The position numbers and the translations under genes were made by a program. A stretch of 64,000 nt of DNA from Candidatus Delongbacteria bacterium (GTDB lineage Bacteria > CAIWAD01). The notes beneath the pieces were generated by a model, which was given only the letters and a program-made list of their open reading frames with translations, ran no database searches and was not told the DNA's origin. The stretch lies in assembly GCA_963663545.1 (NCBI GenBank), contig OY760505.1:2496001-2560000 (forward strand). The letters are read 5' to 3'. Each line of letters starts with the position of its first letter. Position 1 is the first letter of the stretch. Below, in pieces: positions 42,948-51,791 of this stretch.

Positions 42948-45900
42948 ATGAAAAGAACAGCACGCAGTGGGCTAATGGCCCTGTTCCTGGTTGTTTCTTC
43001 CCTTGCCGCCAGTCCGATGGTGCTTGGCGATGCAGCGGGACCCGCATTCACCCTCGACCTTGTTGAGTCGAGCAGCAGCGGCCTTGTCTACGAATTCCGG
43101 CTTAACTGGCTGGATATCGTAGAGGATGAAGCTGGCCAGCATTGGCGGCTACCCGGAGAAACCGTTACGAGCAAGATTGGTGCGCCCGAGTTGCCCGCCA
43201 TTACGCGACTGCTGGCACTGCCGCCTCAGGCGGGTCCACAGATCGAGATTCTGGAGCAGGAGGACACGCTGCTACAGGGTCTTTATCCGGCAGCGTCGGC
43301 GCCCCATCGTCGCGAGCAGGAAGAGCTGAGCGAGCGTGCCGACAGATCAGCACCGGATGTGGCGTATTACGAAGGCGGAAAATCATGGCCAGAGGAAATG
43401 ATCCGTCTTGGGGAACCTGCTCTTTGGCTGGGTGCCAGGGTCTGCCCCTTGGATGTCTTTCCCGTGATGACTTTGGGAGCCGACGCTTCTCTATCCATCA
43501 TGACCTTCGCTCGTTTTCGCGTCAACTTCAGCGGCGGTCCCGTCCTAAACCCCGGACGCGAGCGGACTGTGCCAGAGGCGTTTACCAACTGTGTTGCCGC
43601 TCAGGTAGACAACGCGGATGATTTCCGCCGCTGGGTTGAAACTGATGTATCACGCCTTTCGCAGGTTGCTCTAGGGCACTATCTGGTTGTCATTCCCGAT
43701 GCTGCGCTGACCGGCTTGAACACCTGGCTGGATTACAAGCGCCGCATGGGATTTCGTGTCACGGTTCTGCTGAAGAGTGAGATCGGTGGTACTAATCCAC
43801 TGGCTTCGGTAATTAAGGCGGCAATCCAGGAGATTTGGGACGCGGATCCATTCGAGTACCTGCTGTTGGTTGGCGATGTAGATCGAACTACCAACAGTTT
43901 TACGCTGATGAGCGATTTCATCGCTGGCGGTCAGTACGCGGAGTACACATGGAATGAAAACATCGTCACGGATCACCCTTATTCACTCCTGGAGGGGGAC
44001 GACTATTTCTCTGACGTGCTGGTGGGCCGCTTCTCTGCTGACAACCTGACGCAATTGTCCACCATCAGTTCCCGCTGCCGACTCTACGAAGAAGCTCCCC
44101 CGACCGGTGTTGATCAGGAGTGGTTCAGCCGTGCGATCATGATCTACGATGTGGCCGAAGCGGGAAGTCGCCGTGAGACAAAACTCAGCATTCGCGATCA
44201 GCTGCTCGCCATCGGCTATACGCAGGTGGACACAATTCGCAATCATCAGACCAATGCAGTTGTATCACCGACGGTTGTGCTGAACGCCGTGAATCATGGT
44301 GCCTCCATGATCAACTACCGTGGTTTCGGCTATCGCTACTCCTGGCATGGGCCTAACTTTGGTAACGAACACATCTTCCAGCTCAGCAATTACGGACGCT
44401 GGCCCTTTGTCACTTCCATTGTCTGCGGAGGCGGTGACTTCGGCAGCATGTACAGTGATCCCTGTTTCGGCGAAGCCTGGCTGCGTGAGGGAAGCGTGGA
44501 TGAGCCGACGGGGGCTATTGCATTCATCGGTCCTTCGGAAGAAGACACGCATACCATGTGGAACAATGCCATCGACTGCGGCATCTACGAAGGCTTAACC
44601 ATGGAAGGCCTGCGTACTCCAGGTATGCTCATGCAGCGCGGAAAAACAGAGCTCTGGGAAGTCTTTCCTAACGACCGTCAATGGAGTGGGCCTGGTGCCA
44701 GTGTGCCCTTCTATTTCCACTGCTATAACCTGCTGGGTGATCCGGGGCTTGTATTACGCACGCGTGAACCGTTGCAGCTCGTGTGTGACATGCCAGCTCA
44801 GCTTCCCATTGGCGATTGCATGTTTTCGCTCTTTGTGAGTGACATGGATGGAAATCCGGTTCCAGAGGTTACAGCCTGTCTACACAACACCGAGACTCTG
44901 GAGAATTGCATTGCCGTCAGCGATGAGCAAGGTGTCATCCTGCTGGAGCCCGGCGAGTTGGAAAGCGGAGACGAGTTCCATCTCACGCTCTTTGGACAGG
45001 ACATGCGCGGCCTCAGCAGAGAGGTTCGCGTTGATACAGCCGCGTCTGCGATTCGTGTTACAAAACTTGTGATCAACGATGTGTGTGCCGGAAACAGTGA
45101 CTCAATGGCGAATCCCGGCGAAGAGATGCGTCTGAGTCTGGATCTGGTCGAGCTGGGCAATGTAGGCCTGGAGGGAGAAGTAGAGATTGAACTGATGGCG
45201 CCCTTGGGCGGTGTCACATTCATCGATAGCCTGGAAATCTTTGAGGACGGTGTTGCGCCCGGTGATACAATGCACGCGCTGGACGCGTTTCGCATTGTGC
45301 TGGATGAGACACTGTGTCACGGCGACCGGGTCCCCTTTGATATCTACGTAAACCAGTCCTGGGTTGGCCGACGCAACGTGTCCGTGTTCGATTGGAATTT
45401 TGACGTTCTGGATGTGCGGGCGAATGTGGGCGAACTCCTCCCGGGAGCCAATCCATTGGTTGAGGTGCAGGTTTTAAATTCAGGCGCCTATGGCGGGCAA
45501 GGCCTGTATGCACTGATCGAGCAGGAAGTCGATGAGCTGGATGTAGTTTCCGGCACGCTCAGTCCTTTCGACAGTGAACCCGACTCTGCAAGTTGGTGTA
45601 GCACGGCTGAGCTGCTTATCGGTGAAGATCTGATTGCCGGCATGCAGGTACCTCTGCGGCTGAAGATGTATGGGCAGGGAGCAGACCCGCATTTGGTTCC
45701 GCCCTTGTATGAGACGGTCTTTCAGCTGCAACTCGCGGGAGCCGAAGAGGGGGATCCGCTTGGGCCTGACAGCTTCGGTCACCTTATTCTGCACTCGGAA
45801 GACGACTCTCCCACGGCTCCTGACTTTGTCTGGAACGATATCAGTGATGTGGGTTCACTGCTCGACATCGAGGACGTCGCCACAGAGTATTGGAACGATG

Positions 45901-46760
45901 GCGAAGATGGTATCACGCGAGTCATCGGCCTTCCCTTCGACTTCGTGTATTACGGCGAGCACTATGATCAGGTAACCGTGTGCAGCAATGGCTGGATTGC
46001 ACTTGGAGACCGCGAGTTTCATATCAGCGGATTGAATACACCCATTCCTGCAGCCCAGGGGCCACCCTGCATGATAGCCGGCTACTGGTGTAATCTTTAC
46101 AACACCTACAACAATGATCGGTTTGGTACGCTGCACTTGTACTACGACAACGCTGCCGGTGAAATGACCTTCCAGTGGACCAACTGGCGTCCCGTTGGCG
46201 TTGGCGCTGATGTGAGTTTCCAAATCGTTCTGCGTGATCCACAGGTCTTCGAGACATCAACCGGTGACGGCCAGATTCTCATGTATTACAACGAGGTGGC
46301 CTACAGCAATGGACGCCACGGCTTCACTGTGGGCATTGAGAACGAAGCCGAGACAGAGGGGCTGTGTTACACCTTCAACAACACTTATGATGAGGTTTGT
46401 CAGGAGATCGAAGCAGGAACAGCACTGCTGGTCACCAGTTTGGGGGGGTATACCGACGTGGAGCCTGCACCAGCACTCGTGGATGATTTCCGCATGCTTG
46501 GCGCGCGGCCCAATCCTTTCAATCCGGTGACACAGGTGAGCTGGGAGCAGCCAGCGGCGGGTGATGTGTCGTGGGCCCTCTTCAATCTGCGCGGGCAGTT
46601 GGTGCAGTCGGGTCGTTTGGCGGGGCTTCCGGCAGGACAACACGAGCTGCGCGTGGATCTAAGCACCCAGTCTTCGGGCCTTTATTTCATGCGCTTGCAG
46701 GCTCCTGGTGCTGCTGGAGTTCGTCGTAGCGCAAACCTGCGCCTGCTTATGCTGAAGTAG
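42948..46760 (+). CDS. Gingipain (C25)-family secreted protein 4 with T9SS-type CTD; paralog of protein 3
   Basis: GAPELP, LLLVGD, DVLVGRF, INYRGFG, SIVCGGGDF, YNLLGDP; CTD PNPFNP...SSGLYF...LMLK. Confidence 0.9.
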   Translation: MKRTARSGLMALFLVVSSLAASPMVLGDAAGPAFTLDLVESSSSGLVYEFRLNWLDIVEDEAGQHWRLPGETVTSKIGAPELPAITRLLALPPQAGPQIEILEQEDTLLQGLYPAASAPHRREQEELSERADRSAPDVAYYEGGKSWPEEMIRLGEPALWLGARVCPLDVFPVMTLGADASLSIMTFARFRVNFSGGPVLNPGRERTVPEAFTNCVAAQVDNADDFRRWVETDVSRLSQVALGHYLVVIPDAALTGLNTWLDYKRRMGFRVTVLLKSEIGGTNPLASVIKAAIQEIWDADPFEYLLLVGDVDRTTNSFTLMSDFIAGGQYAEYTWNENIVTDHPYSLLEGDDYFSDVLVGRFSADNLTQLSTISSRCRLYEEAPPTGVDQEWFSRAIMIYDVAEAGSRRETKLSIRDQLLAIGYTQVDTIRNHQTNAVVSPTVVLNAVNHGASMINYRGFGYRYSWHGPNFGNEHIFQLSNYGRWPFVTSIVCGGGDFGSMYSDPCFGEAWLREGSVDEPTGAIAFIGPSEEDTHTMWNNAIDCGIYEGLTMEGLRTPGMLMQRGKTELWEVFPNDRQWSGPGASVPFYFHCYNLLGDPGLVLRTREPLQLVCDMPAQLPIGDCMFSLFVSDMDGNPVPEVTACLHNTETLENCIAVSDEQGVILLEPGELESGDEFHLTLFGQDMRGLSREVRVDTAASAIRVTKLVINDVCAGNSDSMANPGEEMRLSLDLVELGNVGLEGEVEIELMAPLGGVTFIDSLEIFEDGVAPGDTMHALDAFRIVLDETLCHGDRVPFDIYVNQSWVGRRNVSVFDWNFDVLDVRANVGELLPGANPLVEVQVLNSGAYGGQGLYALIEQEVDELDVVSGTLSPFDSEPDSASWCSTAELLIGEDLIAGMQVPLRLKMYGQGADPHLVPPLYETVFQLQLAGAEEGDPLGPDSFGHLILHSEDDSPTAPDFVWNDISDVGSLLDIEDVATEYWNDGEDGITRVIGLPFDFVYYGEHYDQVTVCSNGWIALGDREFHISGLNTPIPAAQGPPCMIAGYWCNLYNTYNNDRFGTLHLYYDNAAGEMTFQWTNWRPVGVGADVSFQIVLRDPQVFETSTGDGQILMYYNEVAYSNGRHGFTVGIENEAETEGLCYTFNNTYDEVCQEIEAGTALLVTSLGGYTDVEPAPALVDDFRMLGARPNPFNPVTQVSWEQPAAGDVSWALFNLRGQLVQSGRLAGLPAGQHELRVDLSTQSSGLYFMRLQAPGAAGVRRSANLRLLMLK

Positions 46761-46786
46761 AAACAGGCTATTCAAACAGTGTAATC

Positions 46787-46816
46787 GACCCCGGCTTCCC
46801 CCGGGGTCTTCTTTTT
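46787..46816 (+). terminator. Intrinsic terminator
   Basis: GACCCCGG-cttccc-CCGGGGTC followed by TTCTTTTT. Confidence 0.85.
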
Positions 46817-47024
46817 GCGCCGGAGTAGCACTGGAGCCGCTTTCATTACTGGTTTCTTCTTTGACAATCGCAGCCGCTTTGCTTCCTTGCTCCTCCCGCT
46901 CTACCCGGACCTTGCGATCTGGTACAGCGGCATGAACCTGCAAGCCTGCCGGTGTTTCTGGTCGAAGGACGACCCACCACCGTGTACACTGCATCACCCC
47001 GGATAGTTGTGCAAGGAGGATACC

Positions 47025-48452
47025 TTGTTCGAGCATCGTGAGGAAGTTCTCGGCTACATCATCGATCATGAAATCGAGATGGTCGACCTCAAATTCGTCA
47101 ACCTGTTTGGCGGTTGGCACCATATCACTCTACCTGCAGCGCAGTTCACCCAGGATGTCTTCGAGGAGGGCGTACCCTTCGATGGCTCCAGTACGCCCGG
47201 ATTCCGCTCGACCGAAGCTGGTGATATGGTTCTGCTGCCCGACCCGCGCACCGCGTATCACGATCCCTTCTGGGAAATGCCTGTGCTCAGCATCTTCTGC
47301 GATATCGCCGAAGCCGACACCCGCGAGCCTTTTGTGCGTGATCCGCGCTCCGTGGCCGCACGTGCAGAAGAATATTTGCGCTCCAGCGGCATTGGCACTC
47401 ACAGCAAGTGGGGGCCCGAGTTCGAATTTTACCTCTTCGACTCCATCAACATGGCCAACGACGAGCACCGCGCCATGGTGCACATCGACAGTGAAGAAGG
47501 CGCGTGGAACCGCATGCTGGACGAGGCCAACGAGGGCTATCGCATCGGCAACCACGGCGGATATCACGTAAGTCCGCCCGCTGACCGCAGCTACAACCTG
47601 CGCAGCGAGATGGTGCGTCAGCTGCAGGCGGCTGAAATACCCGTGCGCTATCATCATCACGAAGTGGGAGGTCCCGGCCAGAACGAAATCGAGATCATGA
47701 TGGACACGCTACGCCGCGCAGCCGACAAGGCCATGTGGGTGAAGTACGTGATACGCATGGTGGCGCATCAGTACGGGCGTACGGCGACCTTCATGCCCAA
47801 GCCGCTTTATAACATCGCTGGCAATGGCATGCACTTTCATCAGCACTTGTTCAACGAAGGTGATCCGCTGTTTTATGAAAAGGGCAGTTACGCGGATCTT
47901 TCGCCGACCGCACGCTGGTATATTGGCGGTCTGTTGTATCACGGTGCGAGCCTCTTGGCCTTGACCAACCCCAGCACCAACAGCTATCGCCGTCTGGTGC
48001 CGGGTTTCGAGGCGCCGGTAAAAGCCTTCTATTCACTAGGCAATCGTAGTGCTGCCGTGCGCATTTTGAAGTACGCGACCCAGCCCATGGAAAAGCGCAT
48101 CGAGTTCCGTCCGCCCGACGCAACGTGCAACATCTATCTGGCGATGGCCGCGCAGCTGATGGCGGGCATCGATGGCATCAAACGCAAGATAGAGCCCGCC
48201 GAGTATGGCTTTGGCCCCTTTGATGTCAATGTTTTCAAGTTGCCGCCGGAAGAGCGCGACAAAATTCAGTCGCTGCCCGGTTCCCTTACCGAGGCGCTGG
48301 ATGCCCTCGAGAAGGATCACGACTACTTGCTTCAGGGCGGTGTGTTTACCGAGGATATCATCAAGACCTGGATCGCCCAGAAACGCATTGAGGCCGACGC
48401 ACTGCGCGGGCGGCCGCATCCCTATGAATTCGAGATGTATTACGAGTGCTAG
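47025..48452 (+). CDS. glnA: Glutamine synthetase type I
   Basis: FDGSS, GPEFEF, HHEVG, TFMPKP...GNGMH.H, NSYRRLVPGFEAP, NRSAAVR, RIEFRPPD. TTG start after AGGAGG. Confidence 0.98.
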   Translation: MFEHREEVLGYIIDHEIEMVDLKFVNLFGGWHHITLPAAQFTQDVFEEGVPFDGSSTPGFRSTEAGDMVLLPDPRTAYHDPFWEMPVLSIFCDIAEADTREPFVRDPRSVAARAEEYLRSSGIGTHSKWGPEFEFYLFDSINMANDEHRAMVHIDSEEGAWNRMLDEANEGYRIGNHGGYHVSPPADRSYNLRSEMVRQLQAAEIPVRYHHHEVGGPGQNEIEIMMDTLRRAADKAMWVKYVIRMVAHQYGRTATFMPKPLYNIAGNGMHFHQHLFNEGDPLFYEKGSYADLSPTARWYIGGLLYHGASLLALTNPSTNSYRRLVPGFEAPVKAFYSLGNRSAAVRILKYATQPMEKRIEFRPPDATCNIYLAMAAQLMAGIDGIKRKIEPAEYGFGPFDVNVFKLPPEERDKIQSLPGSLTEALDALEKDHDYLLQGGVFTEDIIKTWIAQKRIEADALRGRPHPYEFEMYYEC

Positions 48453-48473
48453 TGCACGGATCTGTGATACACA

Positions 48474-48499
48474 AAAGGGCGGCCCGCGGGTCGCCCTTT
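48474..48499. terminator. Bidirectional terminator between glnA and the nitroreductase
   Basis: AAAGGGCGGCCC/GGGTCGCCCTTT inverted repeat between convergent genes. Confidence 0.8.
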
Positions 48500-48522
48500 G
48501 TGCGTTATAGACAAGCCGGTGA

Positions 48523-49314
48523 TCATTGCACGCGGCGCACGCGAGCGGGATTACGTGGCGGAATGCGCTTGTACTCCAGCGCTGGACGCCCCAGCATCAT
48601 GGCGCCCACAATCTTCTGGTCTTCCGGAACGCCCAGCTCTTTGGCCAGAGCAGGATCCAGATTGGATGCCATCATCAGCAGACCCGCCCAGCAGCAGCCC
48701 AGGCCGCGGGCTGTGGCCAGCAGATCCAGACTGTGTAGCGCGAGGGCGCTGTCCACAACGGCGCTGAGTACGCCTGCCGGTGCCGTGAGAACCAGCACAT
48801 GAGGTGCACCGCGCAGAATGAGATCGCGACCTTCCTGGCTGGCGAACTTGTACCCGCCGGGAGTATCGGCGTCCTGCAGGATGCGCGCAATCTGGTCGGA
48901 AAGCGCACGCAGGCGCTCCTTGCCTTCCACGATATGCCAGGAGAGAGCCTGGGAATTACGCACCGTTGGTGCCCAGCGTGTCACGGAGATCAGCTGATCC
49001 ACCTCGGCAAGGTCAAGGGCCTCGGGCCTGTAGTTGCGAATTGAGCGCCTTGAGAGCATGAGTTTGCCCAGGCTTTCCGCGCTTAGGGATGAAACATCGG
49101 AGGTTGGCCAGGAGCTGCCATCCTCACCGTTCATGCTAATGGCACCATGCGGGCAGACGGCAACACAGTGTCCGCATTCGATGCACAGTTTTTCGGCGGG
49201 CTCAACCAATGAAGCCACTGAATCGCCTTCCTGAACGAAGAGCAGCAGTGGACAGGCCTGCGCGCATTTACCGCAGGGTTGACACAAATTCTGTGATACA
49301 TGAAGGGTGGCCAT
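48523..49314 (-). CDS. Nitroreductase with N-terminal 2x[4Fe-4S] ferredoxin domain
   Basis: CQPCGKCAQACP and CIECGHCVAVCP; SRRSIRNY, AP...N.Q, GLGCCW. Confidence 0.93.
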   Translation of the reverse strand: MATLHVSQNLCQPCGKCAQACPLLLFVQEGDSVASLVEPAEKLCIECGHCVAVCPHGAISMNGEDGSSWPTSDVSSLSAESLGKLMLSRRSIRNYRPEALDLAEVDQLISVTRWAPTVRNSQALSWHIVEGKERLRALSDQIARILQDADTPGGYKFASQEGRDLILRGAPHVLVLTAPAGVLSAVVDSALALHSLDLLATARGLGCCWAGLLMMASNLDPALAKELGVPEDQKIVGAMMLGRPALEYKRIPPRNPARVRRVQ

Positions 49315-49423
49315 GAATTCCTCCGGGATTGTTTTCCTACAAGGGGTGCGCGGTGCCAGTCACGATTCATGGGGCAACTTCCGTGAATGCCACCTATCTT
49401 GCAAGTATCACAAAGGAGTGCTC

Positions 49424-50125
49424 GTGCTTTACACTCTGCTTGCCCCGGTTTATCGTGAACTGTTTCCGCTGCGGCAGGAAGAGCTTCGTCTATGTCTGGA
49501 AGGTGCATCTGCTGACATGCGAGTCCTTGACATCGGCTGTGGCGATGGCGCGCTGGTGCAGGCACTATGCAAGGAGGGTTGCGATGCCATTGGCGTGGAT
49601 CTGGACGCTGGAATGATTAAGACGGCCGAGGAACACCTGCCGGGGCGCTTTCATTGTCTGGATGCGCGCGATTTGCATACACTCGCCGGGCCGTTTGATC
49701 TCTTCTGCTGCCTGGGTAACAGCCTATCTTATCTGAAGGAAGACGATGTGCAGAAGATGCTGATGGTACTACGAAAGATCGGATCACAAGGCGCGCGTCT
49801 TGTATTACAAACGGTCAATTGGGATCGCGTGCTCACGGGTAGATTTCCCGGGTTCCCGTCGCGTAGCATCAAGGGTTGGGGGCGCTTTGAGCGCGAGTAC
49901 ACAGAGGCCTCTGTAGATCGTATATGCTTCCGCACTCACGTGCTTCTGGAGAGTGGAAAACGACACGAGTTTTGTGATACACTTTACCCGCTGCGCAAAG
50001 GCCGCTTGTTGGAGCTCCTTGGATCTGCAGGCTGGACGGGAGTTGAGTCCTTCGGCGCCTTTGATCGCAGTCCATGGCACACCGATGCGCCTGCGACAAT
50101 TGTGCGCACCGTGTCAATGTCATAA
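49424..50125 (+). CDS. Class I SAM-dependent methyltransferase
   Basis: VLDIGCGDG, GVDLD, CLGNSL; GTG start after AAGGAG. Confidence 0.88.
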   Translation: MLYTLLAPVYRELFPLRQEELRLCLEGASADMRVLDIGCGDGALVQALCKEGCDAIGVDLDAGMIKTAEEHLPGRFHCLDARDLHTLAGPFDLFCCLGNSLSYLKEDDVQKMLMVLRKIGSQGARLVLQTVNWDRVLTGRFPGFPSRSIKGWGRFEREYTEASVDRICFRTHVLLESGKRHEFCDTLYPLRKGRLLELLGSAGWTGVESFGAFDRSPWHTDAPATIVRTVSMS

Positions 50126-50142
50126 CCGCAGAAAGGACCGTT

Positions 50143-50499
50143 ATGCATCACATCAAAAAGGCTGCTCGCGTAGAGGCTGCAGGAACGCCACCCAAGATCA
50201 TTGAAGAGTTTGTTGGTCGCGTGAACACCGGCGAAGACCGGCTAAGCATAGCACGAATGCGCAGCCCGCGTGGCTGGAGCGAACCCTTTCAACGTCCGCA
50301 GTTCGACGAGTACACCTTGGTGCTCAAGGGCCAATTGCAGGTGGAGTGTGACACACGTGTGATACAAGTGTGCGCCGGAGAAGCTGTTCTTCTTAGCGCA
50401 GGTGAGCGCGTGCGCTACTCCTCACCCTTGGAAGACTGTGAGTATGTGGCCATTTGTCTACCCGCCTTTTCAGCCGACACAGTACATAGAGAAGACTAA
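50143..50499 (+). CDS. Cupin domain protein (EutQ-like)
   Basis: KIIEEFVGRVN, GWSEP.Q.P.FDEYT.VL.G, C.PAFS. Confidence 0.85.
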   Translation: MHHIKKAARVEAAGTPPKIIEEFVGRVNTGEDRLSIARMRSPRGWSEPFQRPQFDEYTLVLKGQLQVECDTRVIQVCAGEAVLLSAGERVRYSSPLEDCEYVAICLPAFSADTVHRED

Positions 50500-50512
50500 A
50501 CAGAGGACGCCA

Positions 50513-50980
50513 ATGAACGCCGAGAGTTGTCTGCAAACCCTGAGTATCACGAAACGCTTTTTCAACAACGCCACCGCCTGCTTCAGCGAGGAGCATAGCG
50601 GTTTCGTTCCTGTCGAGGGCATGTTTAGCACGGCACAGCAGGTGGCACACGTTGCGCAAACGGTGGAGTGGTTTACGCGCGGTGCCTTTTCGCCAAACGG
50701 TTTCGATATGGACTTCGCAGCACACGAAGCGCAAGTTCGCGCGTGCACCAGTCTGCGTGATGCACGCGCCTGGCTGGAGCGTGCTTTTCAGGAAGCCGCC
50801 GAAGCCTTCAGTGCCGACGATGAGACGCTTGAACAACCGATTCTGGACCGTCAGATCTTTGCGGGAGCTCCGCGTTTTGTGATTGTGGGGTCCATCGAGG
50901 AACACACCGCCCACCATCGCGGATCGCTGGCGGTTTACGCGCGGCTGCAGGGGCTGGTCCCCGCAATGCCCTACGAATGA
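50513..50980 (+). CDS. DinB family protein
   Basis: QQVAH.A and EH.AHHRG.L.VY.R..G.VP metal-binding His pattern. Confidence 0.88.
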   Translation: MNAESCLQTLSITKRFFNNATACFSEEHSGFVPVEGMFSTAQQVAHVAQTVEWFTRGAFSPNGFDMDFAAHEAQVRACTSLRDARAWLERAFQEAAEAFSADDETLEQPILDRQIFAGAPRFVIVGSIEEHTAHHRGSLAVYARLQGLVPAMPYE

Positions 50981-51002
50981 TGTGATACCCGTTTGCGCTC
51001 TC

Positions 51003-51791
51003 TCAGCTGGACGCACTGGCGTAGGCACGCAGACCCTGTCGCCAAACGAAGGCCAGCAGTAGCGACAGCCCTAGCGTGACCGCTGTCAGCTCCAGCAGCC
51101 TGACCGGGTCGGCGCCCTCAAACAGAATGCGTGCCGGATACGAAGCCACTAGCGCCAGCGGCAGAATGGTGGTAAACAGCAGGCGTCCCAGGCCGGTGAA
51201 GATGCGGTCGGGCCGGTTCATGAATTCGGTCATGTGGTAGAAGATGCCCTGGAGGCCCTCGTTGTGATGCAGCCAGAAGACCGGCAGGTTGAAGAGCATG
51301 TGCAGCAGATAGTAGAGCAGGGTTCCATTCACCAGCAACAGCAGATAGACCAGCACCGAACCCGCCCCCAGTTCGCCGGGGTAGCGTGCTAGAGCCCAGG
51401 CCAGCAGCCCCAAAGCCGCCAGCAGGTTGACGAAGGAATCGGCGGCGAAGTCGCGCAGACTGACGAAGAATAGGGTTGAGACGGGCCGCACCAGGTAGTA
51501 ATCCAGATCGCCGCGATTCACGAAGTAGGGGAAGACCCACATGTTGTTGGAGACAATGCTCATCTGCAGGGCGTTGACCACGAAGTAGCCGCAGGTGAAC
51601 ACCAGCACTTGGTCGTAGTTCCAGCCGCCCATCAGTTGTGTGTGACGGTAGATGACGCTGAAGAAAGCCAGACTCACGGCGTAGAAGACCAGGTCCATTA
51701 CGATGCGGAAGAGAAAGTCGAGGCGGAATTCCATCGCCCGCGAAAAAGAGAAGCGTAGAAAGTGCAGATAGAGGCGCAGGTAGCGTTGCAT
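51003..51791 (-). CDS. ABC-2 type permease (DUF990 family)
   Basis: Six TMs; GGW, GDLDYYLVRPVS, P..IF motifs; TGATG coupling to the upstream permease. Confidence 0.9.
   Translation of the reverse strand: MQRYLRLYLHFLRFSFSRAMEFRLDFLFRIVMDLVFYAVSLAFFSVIYRHTQLMGGWNYDQVLVFTCGYFVVNALQMSIVSNNMWVFPYFVNRGDLDYYLVRPVSTLFFVSLRDFAADSFVNLLAALGLLAWALARYPGELGAGSVLVYLLLLVNGTLLYYLLHMLFNLPVFWLHHNEGLQGIFYHMTEFMNRPDRIFTGLGRLLFTTILPLALVASYPARILFEGADPVRLLELTAVTLGLSLLLAFVWRQGLRAYASASS

Noticed and set aside
50347..50366. Helical phasing of motif pairs (11 bp at 50348/50359 and 33119/33130, 22 bp at 32003/32025)
   Set aside because: Other close pairs are spaced 14, 16, 20, 24, 25 and 26 bp, so no periodicity can be supported without an autocorrelation test.
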